The notes beneath the pieces were generated by a model. The model was not told where the DNA came from, ran no database searches, and was given only the letters and a program-made list of their open reading frames with translations. From the NCBI GenBank assembly GCA_043811915.1, contig JBDRMS010000006.1, positions 86,870 to 150,869 of the forward strand: 64,000 nt of DNA. Direction: 5' to 3'. Each line of letters opens with the position of its first letter. The stretch's first letter is position 1. The translations under genes were made by a program, and so were the position numbers. The stretch is from a bacterium. GTDB lineage: Bacteria > Patescibacteriota > Andersenbacteria > UBA10190. Below are positions 10,142 to 19,913 of this stretch, one piece after another.

Positions 10142-10167
10142 CTTGATTTGGCGTATAATAGTCTTAT

Positions 10168-10827
10168 ATGGGGTATCGCTATGACGACTTAGCACCTGGT
10201 GAGGTGTATCATGTTTTTTCGCGTGGGGTGGAGAAGCGAAAAATATTCTTGGATTATAATGATCGTCAGCGCTTTCTGTCTCTATTGATACATTGTTTGC
10301 ACCGGGGGCCAAGTCGTTGTTTTTCATTAAGTAAAAAAATGAAGGAAGAAAATAACTTAGTATTGGGGGGCGAAGGCTTGGTTGATTTACTGTGTTACTG
10401 TCTTATGGATAATCATGTGCATTTGCTGATACGTGAGAATATCGAAGGGGGCACTTCCTTGTATATGCGACGATTACTTACAAGCTATAGTCGTTACTTT
10501 AATATTCGATGTGATCGATCGGGCTCATTGTTTATCCATCCATTCAAGGCAATATTGATTGAACAAGATGAACAGTTGCTTCACGTGAGTCGGTATATTC
10601 ATCTTAACCCATATGTGGCGAGAATTACCGGGGAGATGAGTGGGTATGAGTGGTCGTCTTTGGATAATTACACGTCGGGAGGTTTGAAAAGAAATATAAT
10701 GTGTCACAGAACCCTTATTCATAGCATGATGTCAGCAAATAAGTATCGATCGTTTGTTGAGGATGAAGCTGACTATGCTCGTTCAATTGCAGATGTAGGA
10801 CATTTACTCATTGATTTGGAGGATTAG
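10168..10827 (+). CDS. REP-associated tyrosine (Y1 HUH) transposase, RAYT-like, copy 1
   Basis: YH...RG, LMDNHVH (HUH), YFN...R.G.LF, RYIHLNP, WSS; flanked by palindromes. Confidence 0.93.
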   Translation: MGYRYDDLAPGEVYHVFSRGVEKRKIFLDYNDRQRFLSLLIHCLHRGPSRCFSLSKKMKEENNLVLGGEGLVDLLCYCLMDNHVHLLIRENIEGGTSLYMRRLLTSYSRYFNIRCDRSGSLFIHPFKAILIEQDEQLLHVSRYIHLNPYVARITGEMSGYEWSSLDNYTSGGLKRNIMCHRTLIHSMMSANKYRSFVEDEADYARSIADVGHLLIDLED

Positions 10828-10834
10828 AAGCGCT

Positions 10835-10875
10835 ATAGACACAATTCCGAAGATAATCTTCGGAATTGTGTCTAT
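10835..10875. repeat. Perfect 41-bp REP-like palindrome (20-bp arms, 1-nt centre)
   Basis: ATAGACACAATTCCGAAGAT-A-ATCTTCGGAATTGTGTCTAT, 7 nt after the RAYT1 stop. Confidence 0.95.
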
Positions 10876-10889
10876 TATTCGCCTGGCTG

Positions 10890-10914
10890 GTCCCGCGCAA
10901 AGTGGGGCTTTTTT
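10890..10914 (+). terminator. Intrinsic terminator after RAYT1
   Basis: GTCCCGC-GCAAA-GTGGGGC followed by T6. Confidence 0.6.
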
Positions 10915-10936
10915 CTTTTGGTGTTATACTGGCGGC

Positions 10937-11659
10937 ATGGGAGTGTATTTGTCCGTAGTCATCCCGGCGTATAACGAAGCGAAGAGACTGCCGAAAACCT
11001 TGAAGGCGACGGTCAAGTATTTGAGTGAGCAGAATTATAACTGGGAAATTGCCGTGGTGGATGATGGATCCAAAGATAAGACAGCAGATTTAGTGCGAGC
11101 GGCAGCAGTTACCGACTCGCGGGTGCAATTGCTGCAATATGGAAATAATCGGGGCAAGGGTTACGCGGTGCGATATGGCATGACTCATGTGTCGGGTGAG
11201 TATCGGCTGTTTATGGACGCGGACAATGCTACCAGCGTTGATCAGGTAAGAAACTTTTTACCATACATGAGCATGGGTTTCGATGTGGTAATTGGTTCTC
11301 GCGATGTACCGGGGGCCGATATTGCCGTGCATCAGCCATGGTGGAAGGAGAAACTGGGCGACCTGGGTAATCTATGGATACGTGCTTGGGCAGTGCCGGG
11401 AATTAAGGATACCCAGGCGGGTTTTAAGCTGTTTTCGGCCAAGGCGTCGGAAGAGGTTTTTTCCCGGTTAACATTGGATCGTTGGGGCTTTGATGTAGAG
11501 GCGCTCGCGGTGGCTCGTTTACTGGAATATAAAGTGTTGGAACGGCCAATTCGTTGGGTGAATGATCCGAATAGTAAGGTGTCGATGAAAGCTTATTCCC
11601 AGGTGTTGCGCGAAGTAGTGCAAGTGAGGCTCAATATCTGGTCAGGTATATATAAGTGA
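10937..11659 (+). CDS. GT2 polyprenol-phosphate glycosyltransferase (ALG5/DPM-like); ATG 10937
   Basis: SVVIPAYNE, VDDGS.D, NRGKG.AVR, FMDAD, DTQ.GFKLF, FDVE. Confidence 0.9.
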   Translation: MGVYLSVVIPAYNEAKRLPKTLKATVKYLSEQNYNWEIAVVDDGSKDKTADLVRAAAVTDSRVQLLQYGNNRGKGYAVRYGMTHVSGEYRLFMDADNATSVDQVRNFLPYMSMGFDVVIGSRDVPGADIAVHQPWWKEKLGDLGNLWIRAWAVPGIKDTQAGFKLFSAKASEEVFSRLTLDRWGFDVEALAVARLLEYKVLERPIRWVNDPNSKVSMKAYSQVLREVVQVRLNIWSGIYK

Positions 11660-11676
11660 CTAGCAACCAGTGAACT

Positions 11677-12762
11677 ATGAGAGAGCAGACAAAAATCGCC
11701 AGGAATAAACGTGAAAAAGTTAAGCTATTGTCTAGACAACAAAAAGAAGTTGGTGAAATCAGGCAGGACCTGGTGACCGGAAAATGGGTAGTGGTGGCCT
11801 CCGGTCGGGCTAAACGACCGGGTGATTTTACAAAAGACAGGACCCGGCCGAAAGCAAAGCCGAAGTATAAGGAAGGATGTCCCTTTTGCCAGTTGGACAG
11901 GTTTCCGCAGAAGGCTGATGTGCTGCGCTTGCCGGATGACCCGGATGAATGGCAGCTACATATTTTTCCTAATAAATATCCTGCCTTTTTGCCCAAGGAT
12001 GATTATCGCAGCTGGAGCCAAGGGCCATATCGAGCTATTGAATCTGTGGGCTACCACGAAGTGTTGGCTACTCGCTGGCATCATCAAGTTGATGCGTTAC
12101 TGACTGAATCGGAGCTGGCGCTGCAGCTGGAGGCGTTGGTAATACGCTACCGCCAGCTGCGGGAGAAACCATCGGTGAATTACATCCAGATAATAAAGAA
12201 TCATGGGGAGGCTTCGGGTGCTTCTTTGGAACATCCTCATCATCAAATATTAACGGTGCCGGTGTTGCCGCGGGACGTGTACGATATTTTGCACGGGGCA
12301 CAGCAGTACGCGGGGCAGCACAACCAGGAGCCGTATCAGGTAATACTGGATTTTGAGACAGGAGAGGGGAAGAGAATTGTGCAGGATAACGAACACTTTG
12401 TGGCTTTTTGCCCCTATGCTTCGCGAGTACCATTTGAGATGTGGGTGTTACCCAGGAGACATGATCCTTATTTTGAGAACATTGGGCCTGAAGAGCGCGA
12501 GTCTTTGGCGGTGATTTTACAGAATGTAATGGCAAAATTGTATAGGGGATTGAACGACCCGCCGTACAATTATTATATACTGTCGGCCCCCTGCGATGAG
12601 ACTGGTTTTACTAACGACAAAAATAAGTTTTCGCATTTTCGCTGGCACGTGCAGATATTACCGCGTCTCAATGTGTGGGGAGGTTTTGAAATGGGGACGG
12701 GGTTGGAGATTACTGAAACAGTGCCGGAAGACTCAGCTATCTTTTTGCGGGAGATAACTTAA
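11677..12762 (+). CDS. galT: Galactose-1-phosphate uridylyltransferase (GalT, HIT-like)
   Basis: RAKRP, CPFC, NKYP, GASLEHPHHQ. Confidence 0.9.
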   Translation: MREQTKIARNKREKVKLLSRQQKEVGEIRQDLVTGKWVVVASGRAKRPGDFTKDRTRPKAKPKYKEGCPFCQLDRFPQKADVLRLPDDPDEWQLHIFPNKYPAFLPKDDYRSWSQGPYRAIESVGYHEVLATRWHHQVDALLTESELALQLEALVIRYRQLREKPSVNYIQIIKNHGEASGASLEHPHHQILTVPVLPRDVYDILHGAQQYAGQHNQEPYQVILDFETGEGKRIVQDNEHFVAFCPYASRVPFEMWVLPRRHDPYFENIGPEERESLAVILQNVMAKLYRGLNDPPYNYYILSAPCDETGFTNDKNKFSHFRWHVQILPRLNVWGGFEMGTGLEITETVPEDSAIFLREIT

Positions 12763-12765
12763 TCT

Positions 12766-13242
12766 ATGTGGAAAACTATGCTAGCCACGGTTGTTTTGGC
12801 GATGATGCCGGTGGGAGAACTCCGAGGGGCTTTGCCGGTGGCACTGGTGGTTTATAAATTGCCGGTAGCGCTGGCAGTGGCACTGGCTGTTCTGGGTAAT
12901 ATGTTGCCGATCTATTTCCTGTTGCGGTATATAGGGCCAGTGACAGAATGGATGAGTGGGCGTTCCGGGATAGTAGATCGTTTTGTGCTGTGGTTGTTTG
13001 AACGCACGCGGCGCAAGTTAAGTGAAAGAGTGGAGCGATATAGTTATTGGGCTTTGGCGTTGTTTGTGGCCGTTCCTTTGCCAGTGACGGGGGCCTGGAC
13101 GGGAGCCCTGGCTGCTTTTGTCTTTGGTTTGCCTAGACAGAAATCGTTTATAGCAATTCTGATAGGCGTTTGCATTTCGGCATCGATAGTAACGGTACTA
13201 ACCCTGGGTAGCGTGGCTGCTGTGTTAAACTTATTGGCGTAG
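12766..13242 (+). CDS. Putative small multidrug export family membrane protein
   Basis: ELRGALP, PLPVTGAWTG, hydrophobic. Confidence 0.85.
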   Translation: MWKTMLATVVLAMMPVGELRGALPVALVVYKLPVALAVALAVLGNMLPIYFLLRYIGPVTEWMSGRSGIVDRFVLWLFERTRRKLSERVERYSYWALALFVAVPLPVTGAWTGALAAFVFGLPRQKSFIAILIGVCISASIVTVLTLGSVAAVLNLLA

Positions 13243-13253
13243 TAAATATAACT

Positions 13254-14033
13254 ATGGAGAAGAAATCATTAGTGGTAGGCAACTGGAAAATGGAATTGTC
13301 GCATAAAGGTGAGCTGGAATTGGCCCGGGCCTTAAAGCGACAGTTCAAAGATGTGGCTTTGCCTGATACGGAAGTGGTGGTGTGCCCCTCGCATCCTTCT
13401 TTGGGGGTGGTGAGTGAGGAGTTGGGATTAAGAGGGAAAATAATGGTGGGAGCGCAACACGTGCATTGGGAAGAAAAAGGAGCCTGGACGGGCGAGGCGT
13501 CGGTGTTACAAGTGGCGCCGTATGTGAAATGGTGTATTGTGGGGCATTCAGAGCAGCGGACTTTGACGAGAATGACGGAAGAAGGAGTACAGCGGACGGC
13601 CAACATGCTTATGCAACACGGTATAATGCCGGTAGTGTGTATTGGAGAGACGGGAGAGGAGCGTGAAGCAGACCAGACGACAAATAAAGTGACAGATCAA
13701 ATTAGGGTGCTTTTAAGTAAGTTGATGCGTACGAGTCTGCCGAAAATTGCGGTGGCGTATGAACCAATCTGGGCTATTGGAACGGGAGATACGCCAGATC
13801 CAAATGATGTGGCTGGAATAATGTTGTTGATGCGGAAAATTGTAGCCGGGCGTTTTGGCAATGAAGCAGCCCAGCGCCTGCGTATTTTGTATGGTGGCAG
13901 TGTAAAATCGAGTAATGTGGGAGAGTATGTCAGAGAGCCGGGAGTGGACGGGGTATTAGTAGGCGGGGCATCGGTGGAGCCGCGCCAGTTTGTGGATATT
14001 GTGAAGATTGTGCAGGAAGCGGCGGAGGCTTAA
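13254..14033 (+). CDS. tpiA: Triosephosphate isomerase
   Basis: GNWKM, GHSE.R, AYEPIWAIGTG, LYGGSV, LVGGAS. Confidence 0.98.
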   Translation: MEKKSLVVGNWKMELSHKGELELARALKRQFKDVALPDTEVVVCPSHPSLGVVSEELGLRGKIMVGAQHVHWEEKGAWTGEASVLQVAPYVKWCIVGHSEQRTLTRMTEEGVQRTANMLMQHGIMPVVCIGETGEEREADQTTNKVTDQIRVLLSKLMRTSLPKIAVAYEPIWAIGTGDTPDPNDVAGIMLLMRKIVAGRFGNEAAQRLRILYGGSVKSSNVGEYVREPGVDGVLVGGASVEPRQFVDIVKIVQEAAEA

Positions 14034-14038
14034 TTGTT

Positions 14039-14908
14039 ATGTTGATCAGACCACACGAGTTGCTGACAAATGCCATGGATAGCGACTTTGCTATTGGGGC
14101 TTTTAATACATCTAATTTAGAAATAACCCAGGCAATCGTGGCGGCGGCGGCGGCGCAATCGTCGCCGGTGATTGTACAGACTTCGGAGGGAGCAATTGAG
14201 TACGCAGGCCTCAAGGTATTGACGCAAATTGTTAAGACGATTGCTGAAGAATGTGAAGTGCCGGTGGTGTTGCATTTGGATCATGGTAAAAGCCCGGCGG
14301 TGGTTAAAAGATGTATTGAGGCTGGCTATGGATCGGTGATGATTGATGCGTCAAGGGAGTCTTTTGAGGATAATATAAGCATGACGCGTGAGGTGGTAGC
14401 TTACGCGCATGAGCGGGGAGTGTGGGTGGAGGCTGAACTGGGAGCAATTTTGGGGGCGGAAGGAATGAAGAACCTTAAAGAAGACCGCACGCCGGACGAA
14501 ATGTTAACTGACCCAAGCCAAGCGGAGCAATTTGTTGAAGAGACCAGGGTTGATGCTTTAGCGGTGTCGGTGGGCACGATGCATGGTGCTTTTACCGGCA
14601 AAGAATATATTCGTTTTGAGTTAGTAGAAAAATTGGGCCACCTGTTGATGCGAGTACCGCTGGTCTTGCATGGGGCGTCCGGGATTACGGCGGAGCATTT
14701 ACAGAAGGTGGCTCGGTCTAACGTGTGCAAGGTAAACATCGATACGGAGATGAGAATTGCCTTTGAAGGGGCGGTTAAGGCTTATTTTAGCCAGGGGCAT
14801 AAGGGATACGACCCGCGTAAAATTATCGGACCGGCGCGAGAGGCGGTGCAGAGGGTGGTCGAAGAGAAGATAAAGATACTTGGCTCGGCGGACCGAGTAA
14901 GGGTATGA
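14039..14908 (+). CDS. fba: Class II fructose-bisphosphate aldolase
   Basis: HLDHG, SVMIDAS, VEAELG, GTMHG, LVLHGASG, KVNIDT. Confidence 0.96.
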   Translation: MLIRPHELLTNAMDSDFAIGAFNTSNLEITQAIVAAAAAQSSPVIVQTSEGAIEYAGLKVLTQIVKTIAEECEVPVVLHLDHGKSPAVVKRCIEAGYGSVMIDASRESFEDNISMTREVVAYAHERGVWVEAELGAILGAEGMKNLKEDRTPDEMLTDPSQAEQFVEETRVDALAVSVGTMHGAFTGKEYIRFELVEKLGHLLMRVPLVLHGASGITAEHLQKVARSNVCKVNIDTEMRIAFEGAVKAYFSQGHKGYDPRKIIGPAREAVQRVVEEKIKILGSADRVRV

Positions 14909-14920
14909 TAGACTGATAGT

Positions 14921-15928
14921 ATGTCTGATACAGCAGAAAAGTTTGATGTAATTGCGATTGGTGACACCACGCAGGATATTTTTTTGGAAATGAGCGATGC
15001 TATTGTGCAATGTGATTTAAATGGAGAAAACTGTCGCATATCCTTTAACTATGCAGACAAGATTGTGGTAGACAAGAAAACAGATGTACCGGCAGTGGGT
15101 AACGCGGCCAACCACGCCGTTGGAGTAGCCAGGCTGGGTTTACATTCGGCGGTGTATACGATGGTAGGTGACGACGAGCAAGGGCAGCGAGCAAGGCACG
15201 TGTTTGCGGAAAATAATGTGGATACGCGTTATGTGGTGTTTGATAAGTTGCATGGTACGAATCTCTCGATGGTTATTAATTATCGGGGGGAACGTACAAT
15301 CTTTGTCTACCATGAGCCTCGTGACTATGAATTACCGGAGCTGGCTGATACTAAATGGATATATTTGACATCGGCTTCCGGCAAAGGAGTATTGCGGTTG
15401 CACGAGCAGGTACTCAAGTATCTGGAGAGTAACCAGAAAGTTAAGATGGCGTTTAATCCGGGTACACATCAGATGCACCTGGGATTGGAAAAGTTAAAAC
15501 CATTGCTGGCCAGGACTGACGTGCTATTTCTTAATCGTGAAGAGTCGGCAGAAGTGCTGGGAGTGAAGACTCGCGGAATTGATGATTTAGCCAAAGGCTT
15601 TCATGACTTGGGAGTAAAGACTATGGTGCTGACTGATGGGCCGGATGGGTCTTATGTGTCGGGCGGGGGTGGTATCAGGTTTTTGAAAATATTTCGCGGG
15701 CCGGTGGTAGAAAGAACAGGAGCGGGCGACTCTTATGGGGCTGGTTTTCTAAGTGCGATTATTCGTGATAAGCCGGTGGAGGAAGCGATGTTATGGGGTA
15801 ATGGCAATTCAACTTCGGTGTTGCAGTACATTGGAGCACGCCAAGGCTTACTAGATGAGGAGGCAGTGAGCAAGATAATAGAGGAAAACAGTGATATAAT
15901 TGTTGAGAAATATAATAATGTCGGTTAA
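14921..15928 (+). CDS. PfkB/ribokinase-family sugar kinase
   Basis: GNAAN.AVG.ARLG, NREE, TGAGDSY. Confidence 0.92.
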   Translation: MSDTAEKFDVIAIGDTTQDIFLEMSDAIVQCDLNGENCRISFNYADKIVVDKKTDVPAVGNAANHAVGVARLGLHSAVYTMVGDDEQGQRARHVFAENNVDTRYVVFDKLHGTNLSMVINYRGERTIFVYHEPRDYELPELADTKWIYLTSASGKGVLRLHEQVLKYLESNQKVKMAFNPGTHQMHLGLEKLKPLLARTDVLFLNREESAEVLGVKTRGIDDLAKGFHDLGVKTMVLTDGPDGSYVSGGGGIRFLKIFRGPVVERTGAGDSYGAGFLSAIIRDKPVEEAMLWGNGNSTSVLQYIGARQGLLDEEAVSKIIEENSDIIVEKYNNVG

Positions 15929-16922
15929 ATTGGCCGTTAATGGGTTTGGCAGAATAGGTAGGGCGGTGTTTAAGTTGGCGTTGGAGCAAAATGGAATAGA
16001 CCTGGTGGCAGTAAATGATTTAGGGGACATTGAAAATCTGGTGTATTTGCTGAAATACGATTCTGTATATGGCAGGTATGGTCAGGGAGTAAAAGTGGAG
16101 GGGAGTGAAATTGTGGTGGATGAGGACCGGGTGGCAGTGCTGAGTGAACCTGATCCGACTAAGCTGCCGTGGGAGAAGATGGAGGTAGACGTGGTGATAG
16201 AGTCGACGGGCGTATTTACAGAAGAAGAAGAGGCGCGCGGGCACATTGAGGCGGGGGCCAAACATGTCATAATATCGGCGCCAACCAAGAGTGAGGGAGT
16301 GCCGACGGTGGTAACGGGAGTGAATGACAAGGAACTTAAGGGTAAAGAGATAATTTCTAACGCCTCCTGCACTACGAACTGTGCGGCGCCAGTGGCGGCG
16401 GTGATGGACAATGTGTTCGGGGTGAAAAAGGCGTTGCTGACAACGGTGCATGCTTACACGTCTTCACAGGGTTTGGTAGATGGGCCGAGTAAAAAGGATT
16501 GGCGTCGGGGCCGGGCGGCGGCCGTGAACATGATACCGGCATCGACGGGGGCGGCGATAGCGGCCACTCGTGCTATGCCGTCTCTGGAAGGAAAATTTGA
16601 TGGAGTGGCGGTGCGGGTGCCGCTATCGGTGGTATCGATTAGCGACTTCAGTTTTGTGTTGAAGAAAAAAGCGACGGTGGAAGAAATAAATGAGGCTTTC
16701 AAAGAGGCGGCGGTCAATCCGATTTACAAGGGAGTACTGGCAGTGACGGATGAGCCGGCGGTGTCCAGTGATTTCATCGGCGATCCGCACTCGGCTATTG
16801 TAGATTTGTCAATGACGCGAGCGGTGGATGGGGATTTAGTTAAAGTAATGGCCTGGTATGACAACGAGTGGGGTTACAGCAATAGACTGGTGGAACAGGT
16901 ATTGGAAATTAGTTGCCGCTAG
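15918..16922 (+). CDS. gap: Glyceraldehyde-3-phosphate dehydrogenase (ATG 15918)
   Basis: [26 protein letters not shown]. Confidence 0.99.
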   Translation: MSVKLAVNGFGRIGRAVFKLALEQNGIDLVAVNDLGDIENLVYLLKYDSVYGRYGQGVKVEGSEIVVDEDRVAVLSEPDPTKLPWEKMEVDVVIESTGVFTEEEEARGHIEAGAKHVIISAPTKSEGVPTVVTGVNDKELKGKEIISNASCTTNCAAPVAAVMDNVFGVKKALLTTVHAYTSSQGLVDGPSKKDWRRGRAAAVNMIPASTGAAIAATRAMPSLEGKFDGVAVRVPLSVVSISDFSFVLKKKATVEEINEAFKEAAVNPIYKGVLAVTDEPAVSSDFIGDPHSAIVDLSMTRAVDGDLVKVMAWYDNEWGYSNRLVEQVLEISCR

Positions 16923-17706
16923 TCAGGCGGTGTTTGCCTGCTCCCTGCGCATACAGTTGTTGGACCTGGGACAGGGTTATAGCCTCGCCATAAACACGGA
17001 TGTCATCTAGGGTAGAGTTTATCATATAACCCATGTATGCTATGGCAGGAAGGGAAGATGATACCCAGCTGGCTGGCGTGATCTGCTCTGTTTTATCCTG
17101 TTCATCATTCACATAGATCGTCGCATACCTGGTGTCTTTATTGTAAGTTCCGGAGACAAAGTACCACTGGCCAACTTCAAGGACTTTATTGCCTGTAACG
17201 GATCGGCTTCCAATATATAGCATTATTTTGCTGGTGGACGTTAAATAGAGCAAAGTTCGGGTATCGATGTTTGGTGTGTAGTAGTAAATATACTTGTTGG
17301 TTGCTGGTATCTGGTTGATTTTGATCCAGGCGCTGATAGTAACGTTGGAACCTGATAGGTTTAGGGTATTGTCGCTTACTGTGGATACATAATCGTTGGT
17401 GGCATCAAATTCCAGTGCCTTTCCATTATTTACGCCATCAACGCGGGCAGCGCCATTCCTGATTGTACCGTTGTTTTTACCCTGACAGGTGTCGAAGGCG
17501 GTAGTACTGGAGGTTTCTTCAAAATCCCACATGCCAACGCATTCGGCCACCACGGAACGGTGAACCTGGCCGGCATAATTTATTTTGTTGGCCATAATGG
17601 CTTTTTCCCGCGCGTAGCCGATGGCGACGAGGACTAGCCCAACCAGTACGCCGATGATGGCGATGACGACAAGGAGCTCTATGAGCGTGAAGCCTTGTTT
17701 GTTCAC
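16909..17706 (-). CDS. Type IV pilin-like protein with LamG/concanavalin-A-like domain
   Basis: [16 protein letters not shown] prepilin motif; W.FEE, ALEFD, TISAWIK, W....GTY, LDDIRVY. Confidence 0.9.
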   Translation of the reverse strand: MNKQGFTLIELLVVIAIIGVLVGLVLVAIGYAREKAIMANKINYAGQVHRSVVAECVGMWDFEETSSTTAFDTCQGKNNGTIRNGAARVDGVNNGKALEFDATNDYVSTVSDNTLNLSGSNVTISAWIKINQIPATNKYIYYYTPNIDTRTLLYLTSTSKIMLYIGSRSVTGNKVLEVGQWYFVSGTYNKDTRYATIYVNDEQDKTEQITPASWVSSSLPAIAYMGYMINSTLDDIRVYGEAITLSQVQQLYAQGAGKHRLTSGN

Positions 17707-17720
17707 AGTGATATTGTAAC

Positions 17721-18479
17721 ATGATTAATGTGAGTCTGAAGTTCATTTGTTTGAATTTATGGCATGGAGGGATGTTGTGGGATGAATTGGCGGATTGGTT
17801 GCAGAATGAGCAGGCAGATATTCTGGCCCTGCAAGAGGTATATAAAAGTGATGATCAAAGTCTGGAAAAGCGTTATCGATCGCTTGAGGAATTAAGTCAG
17901 GCTTTGGCTTTGCCTTATTATTCTTTTGCACCGGCATTCCGGGACTTGAGATTTGAGGTGGCGGAGATGGGGAACGGCGTGTTATCAAAATTTCCCGTTG
18001 AAGCAGAAAATGTGGTGTTTTATGATGTGCCCTACGACGATAATTTTACGGAAAGTGAGGACTTTACTTATGTGCCCAGGAATCTCCAGCATGTCACAGT
18101 CAGGATTGGTGGAAATACGTTAAATGTGTTTAATACGCAGGGGATATGGGGGCTTGACGGCGATGATAATGAGCGGCGGCTTAACATGGCCAAGACTATA
18201 GTTAAGGAAATAGGGGATAAAGAAAATGTTGTGCTGGCTGGAGACTTTAATGTAAAGGAAAAGACAAAAACGGTGGGTATTATCGAGGAGCGGTTAACTA
18301 ATGTTTTTAAGGGCGAGTTGAAGTCATCTTTTAATATGAAGCGGAAAAAAGACGGTGGTTTCGGCACGGCTGTGGTAGATATGATTTTTGTCAGTAAAGA
18401 AATTAAAATTGTTGAGCACTACGTGCCCAAAGTAGACGTAACAGACCATATGCCGCTGGCGGTAGTGCTGGAAATATAA
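17721..18479 (+). CDS. Endonuclease/exonuclease/phosphatase family protein
   Basis: [28 protein letters not shown]. Confidence 0.92.
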   Translation: MINVSLKFICLNLWHGGMLWDELADWLQNEQADILALQEVYKSDDQSLEKRYRSLEELSQALALPYYSFAPAFRDLRFEVAEMGNGVLSKFPVEAENVVFYDVPYDDNFTESEDFTYVPRNLQHVTVRIGGNTLNVFNTQGIWGLDGDDNERRLNMAKTIVKEIGDKENVVLAGDFNVKEKTKTVGIIEERLTNVFKGELKSSFNMKRKKDGGFGTAVVDMIFVSKEIKIVEHYVPKVDVTDHMPLAVVLEI

Positions 18480-18640
18480 AAGCCTTCGTCATGTAGAGGG
18501 GATTAATCTAAAGTTACATGGCGAAGGCAGAGTACCGCAGCGTGGTTAAAGTGCACGAAAGGGCCCCCCTGTCGTTCCGATCAAGTCATCCCACTAACAT
18601 TAAAGAAAGGAACGACAGGGGGGCAGGGAAAGCGACACAA
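18478..18640 (-). ncRNA. Candidate small RNA with two long hairpins
   Basis: Inverted repeats 18482-18495/18515-18528 and 18563-18578/18609-18624; minus-strand promoter and U-tract. Confidence 0.4.
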
Positions 18641-18644
18641 GGTT

Positions 18645-18676
18645 ATTGTATCAAGCCAATTGTATCAAGCCAATTG
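18645..18676 (-). promoter_or_regulatory. 14-bp tandem repeat (ATTGTATCAAGCCA x2.3) forming a minus-strand TTGGCT-N17-TACAAT promoter with extended -10
   Basis: Read directly. Confidence 0.5.
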
Positions 18677-18717
18677 AAAAAATACAATTTAGGCGTAATA
18701 GAGGTATTATTAAGAGT

Positions 18718-19902
18718 ATGGAAAAAAGGCGATTGAGAACAATGGACGATGTGTTCCTGGATGGAAAGAGAGTACTGGTGCGGGTAGATTTTAATGTAGC
18801 AAGCGGTAAAGACGGAATGATAGCTGAAGGAGATGATTATCGAATAAAGGCAGCTTTGCCGACGATTGAAGAATTAATACAGAGGAGATGCAAGGTGCTA
18901 CTGCTGACTCATCGAGGTCGCCCGCAGGAGGGGGATAGTAATGTGGATGTGGAGCCGGTGCGCTGGCGGTTGGAAAGGCTGCTGGGGGAAAGGGTAATGA
19001 TCTTGAAACACCTGGCCGGGAATGATGTTGAGGCGATGGTAACCGGCATGGAACAGGGGAGAGTGACTATGCTGCCTAATGTGCGGCTGGACGTCCGGGA
19101 GGAAACCGGCAACGAAAAATTTGCTGCTGAGCTAGCCAGGGTGGCGGAGGTTTATGTCAATGAGGCTTTTAGCGTATTGCATAGGGACCATGCCTCGGTG
19201 TCAAAAGTACCAAAGCTGCTGCCGGCCTGTGCGGGCAGGCGTACGGTGCAAGAATATGAAGTACTGTCTAGACTGATGGAACGGCCGCAGCGTTCATATG
19301 TGGCGGTGGTGAGTGGGGCAAAGTTACACACTAAAGTTAATTTATTAGACAAACTGCTGGTTTCGGTTGATAAATTGTGCCTGGGGGGGATTATTGCCAA
19401 TGCTTTTTTAGCGGCGCAAGGTAAGTGTACGTTGGAGCAGTGTGATAGCGACAGTGTGGCGGTGGCGAAACGTCTGTTAGGGCGGGCGGCTGATAAAATT
19501 GTATTGCCGGAAGATGTGGTGGTGGGTCCGGCAAGTGGTGATAATTCTGCGGTTAGGGTGTTATCTGTTGATAATATCCCCGGTGATGCGGCTGGAATAT
19601 GGGACGTGGGACCGGCATCGGTGGAGCGTTATATGAATGTTTTGCGGCAAGCCAAGACGATTATGTGGAATGGTCCGTTGGGCATGTTTGAGGTGAAGGC
19701 TTACGCAGCGGGAACGGCGGGATTAGCGCGGGGCATGGCAGACTTGGATGCGTGGCGGGTGGTGGGCGGAGGAGATACCATTAGTGCGCTGGCCAGGCAG
19801 GGACTTGTGAAGAAGTTTAACCACGTATCGGTAGGGGGCGGAGCGATGGTTGCTTTTTTGGGCGGCGAGGCCATGCCGGGACTTGAGCCGCTGTTTGATT
19901 AG
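18718..19902 (+). CDS. pgk: Phosphoglycerate kinase (divergent; ATG 18718)
   Basis: RVDFN, H.GRP, WNGPLG.FE, GGGDT, HVS.GGGA. Confidence 0.96.
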   Translation: MEKRRLRTMDDVFLDGKRVLVRVDFNVASGKDGMIAEGDDYRIKAALPTIEELIQRRCKVLLLTHRGRPQEGDSNVDVEPVRWRLERLLGERVMILKHLAGNDVEAMVTGMEQGRVTMLPNVRLDVREETGNEKFAAELARVAEVYVNEAFSVLHRDHASVSKVPKLLPACAGRRTVQEYEVLSRLMERPQRSYVAVVSGAKLHTKVNLLDKLLVSVDKLCLGGIIANAFLAAQGKCTLEQCDSDSVAVAKRLLGRAADKIVLPEDVVVGPASGDNSAVRVLSVDNIPGDAAGIWDVGPASVERYMNVLRQAKTIMWNGPLGMFEVKAYAAGTAGLARGMADLDAWRVVGGGDTISALARQGLVKKFNHVSVGGGAMVAFLGGEAMPGLEPLFD

Positions 19903-19913
19903 ATATACGAAGT

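Noticed and set aside
10168-10827. IS200/IS605 insertion sequence call for the HUH genes
   Set aside because: About 220 aa with RAYT-type motifs, no tnpB, the two copies are diverged, and the flanks are REP-like perfect palindromes.
9568-10936. Long N-terminal versions of yqgF (9568) and GT2 (10811); likewise rplF 5144, rplR 5574, pgk 18646, GT4 49576
   Set aside because: The extensions overlap upstream genes, repeats or promoters; family motifs begin at downstream ATGs.
18518-18736. 72-aa ORF upstream of pgk
   Set aside because: It runs through inverted and tandem repeats with no protein features; a non-coding explanation fits better.
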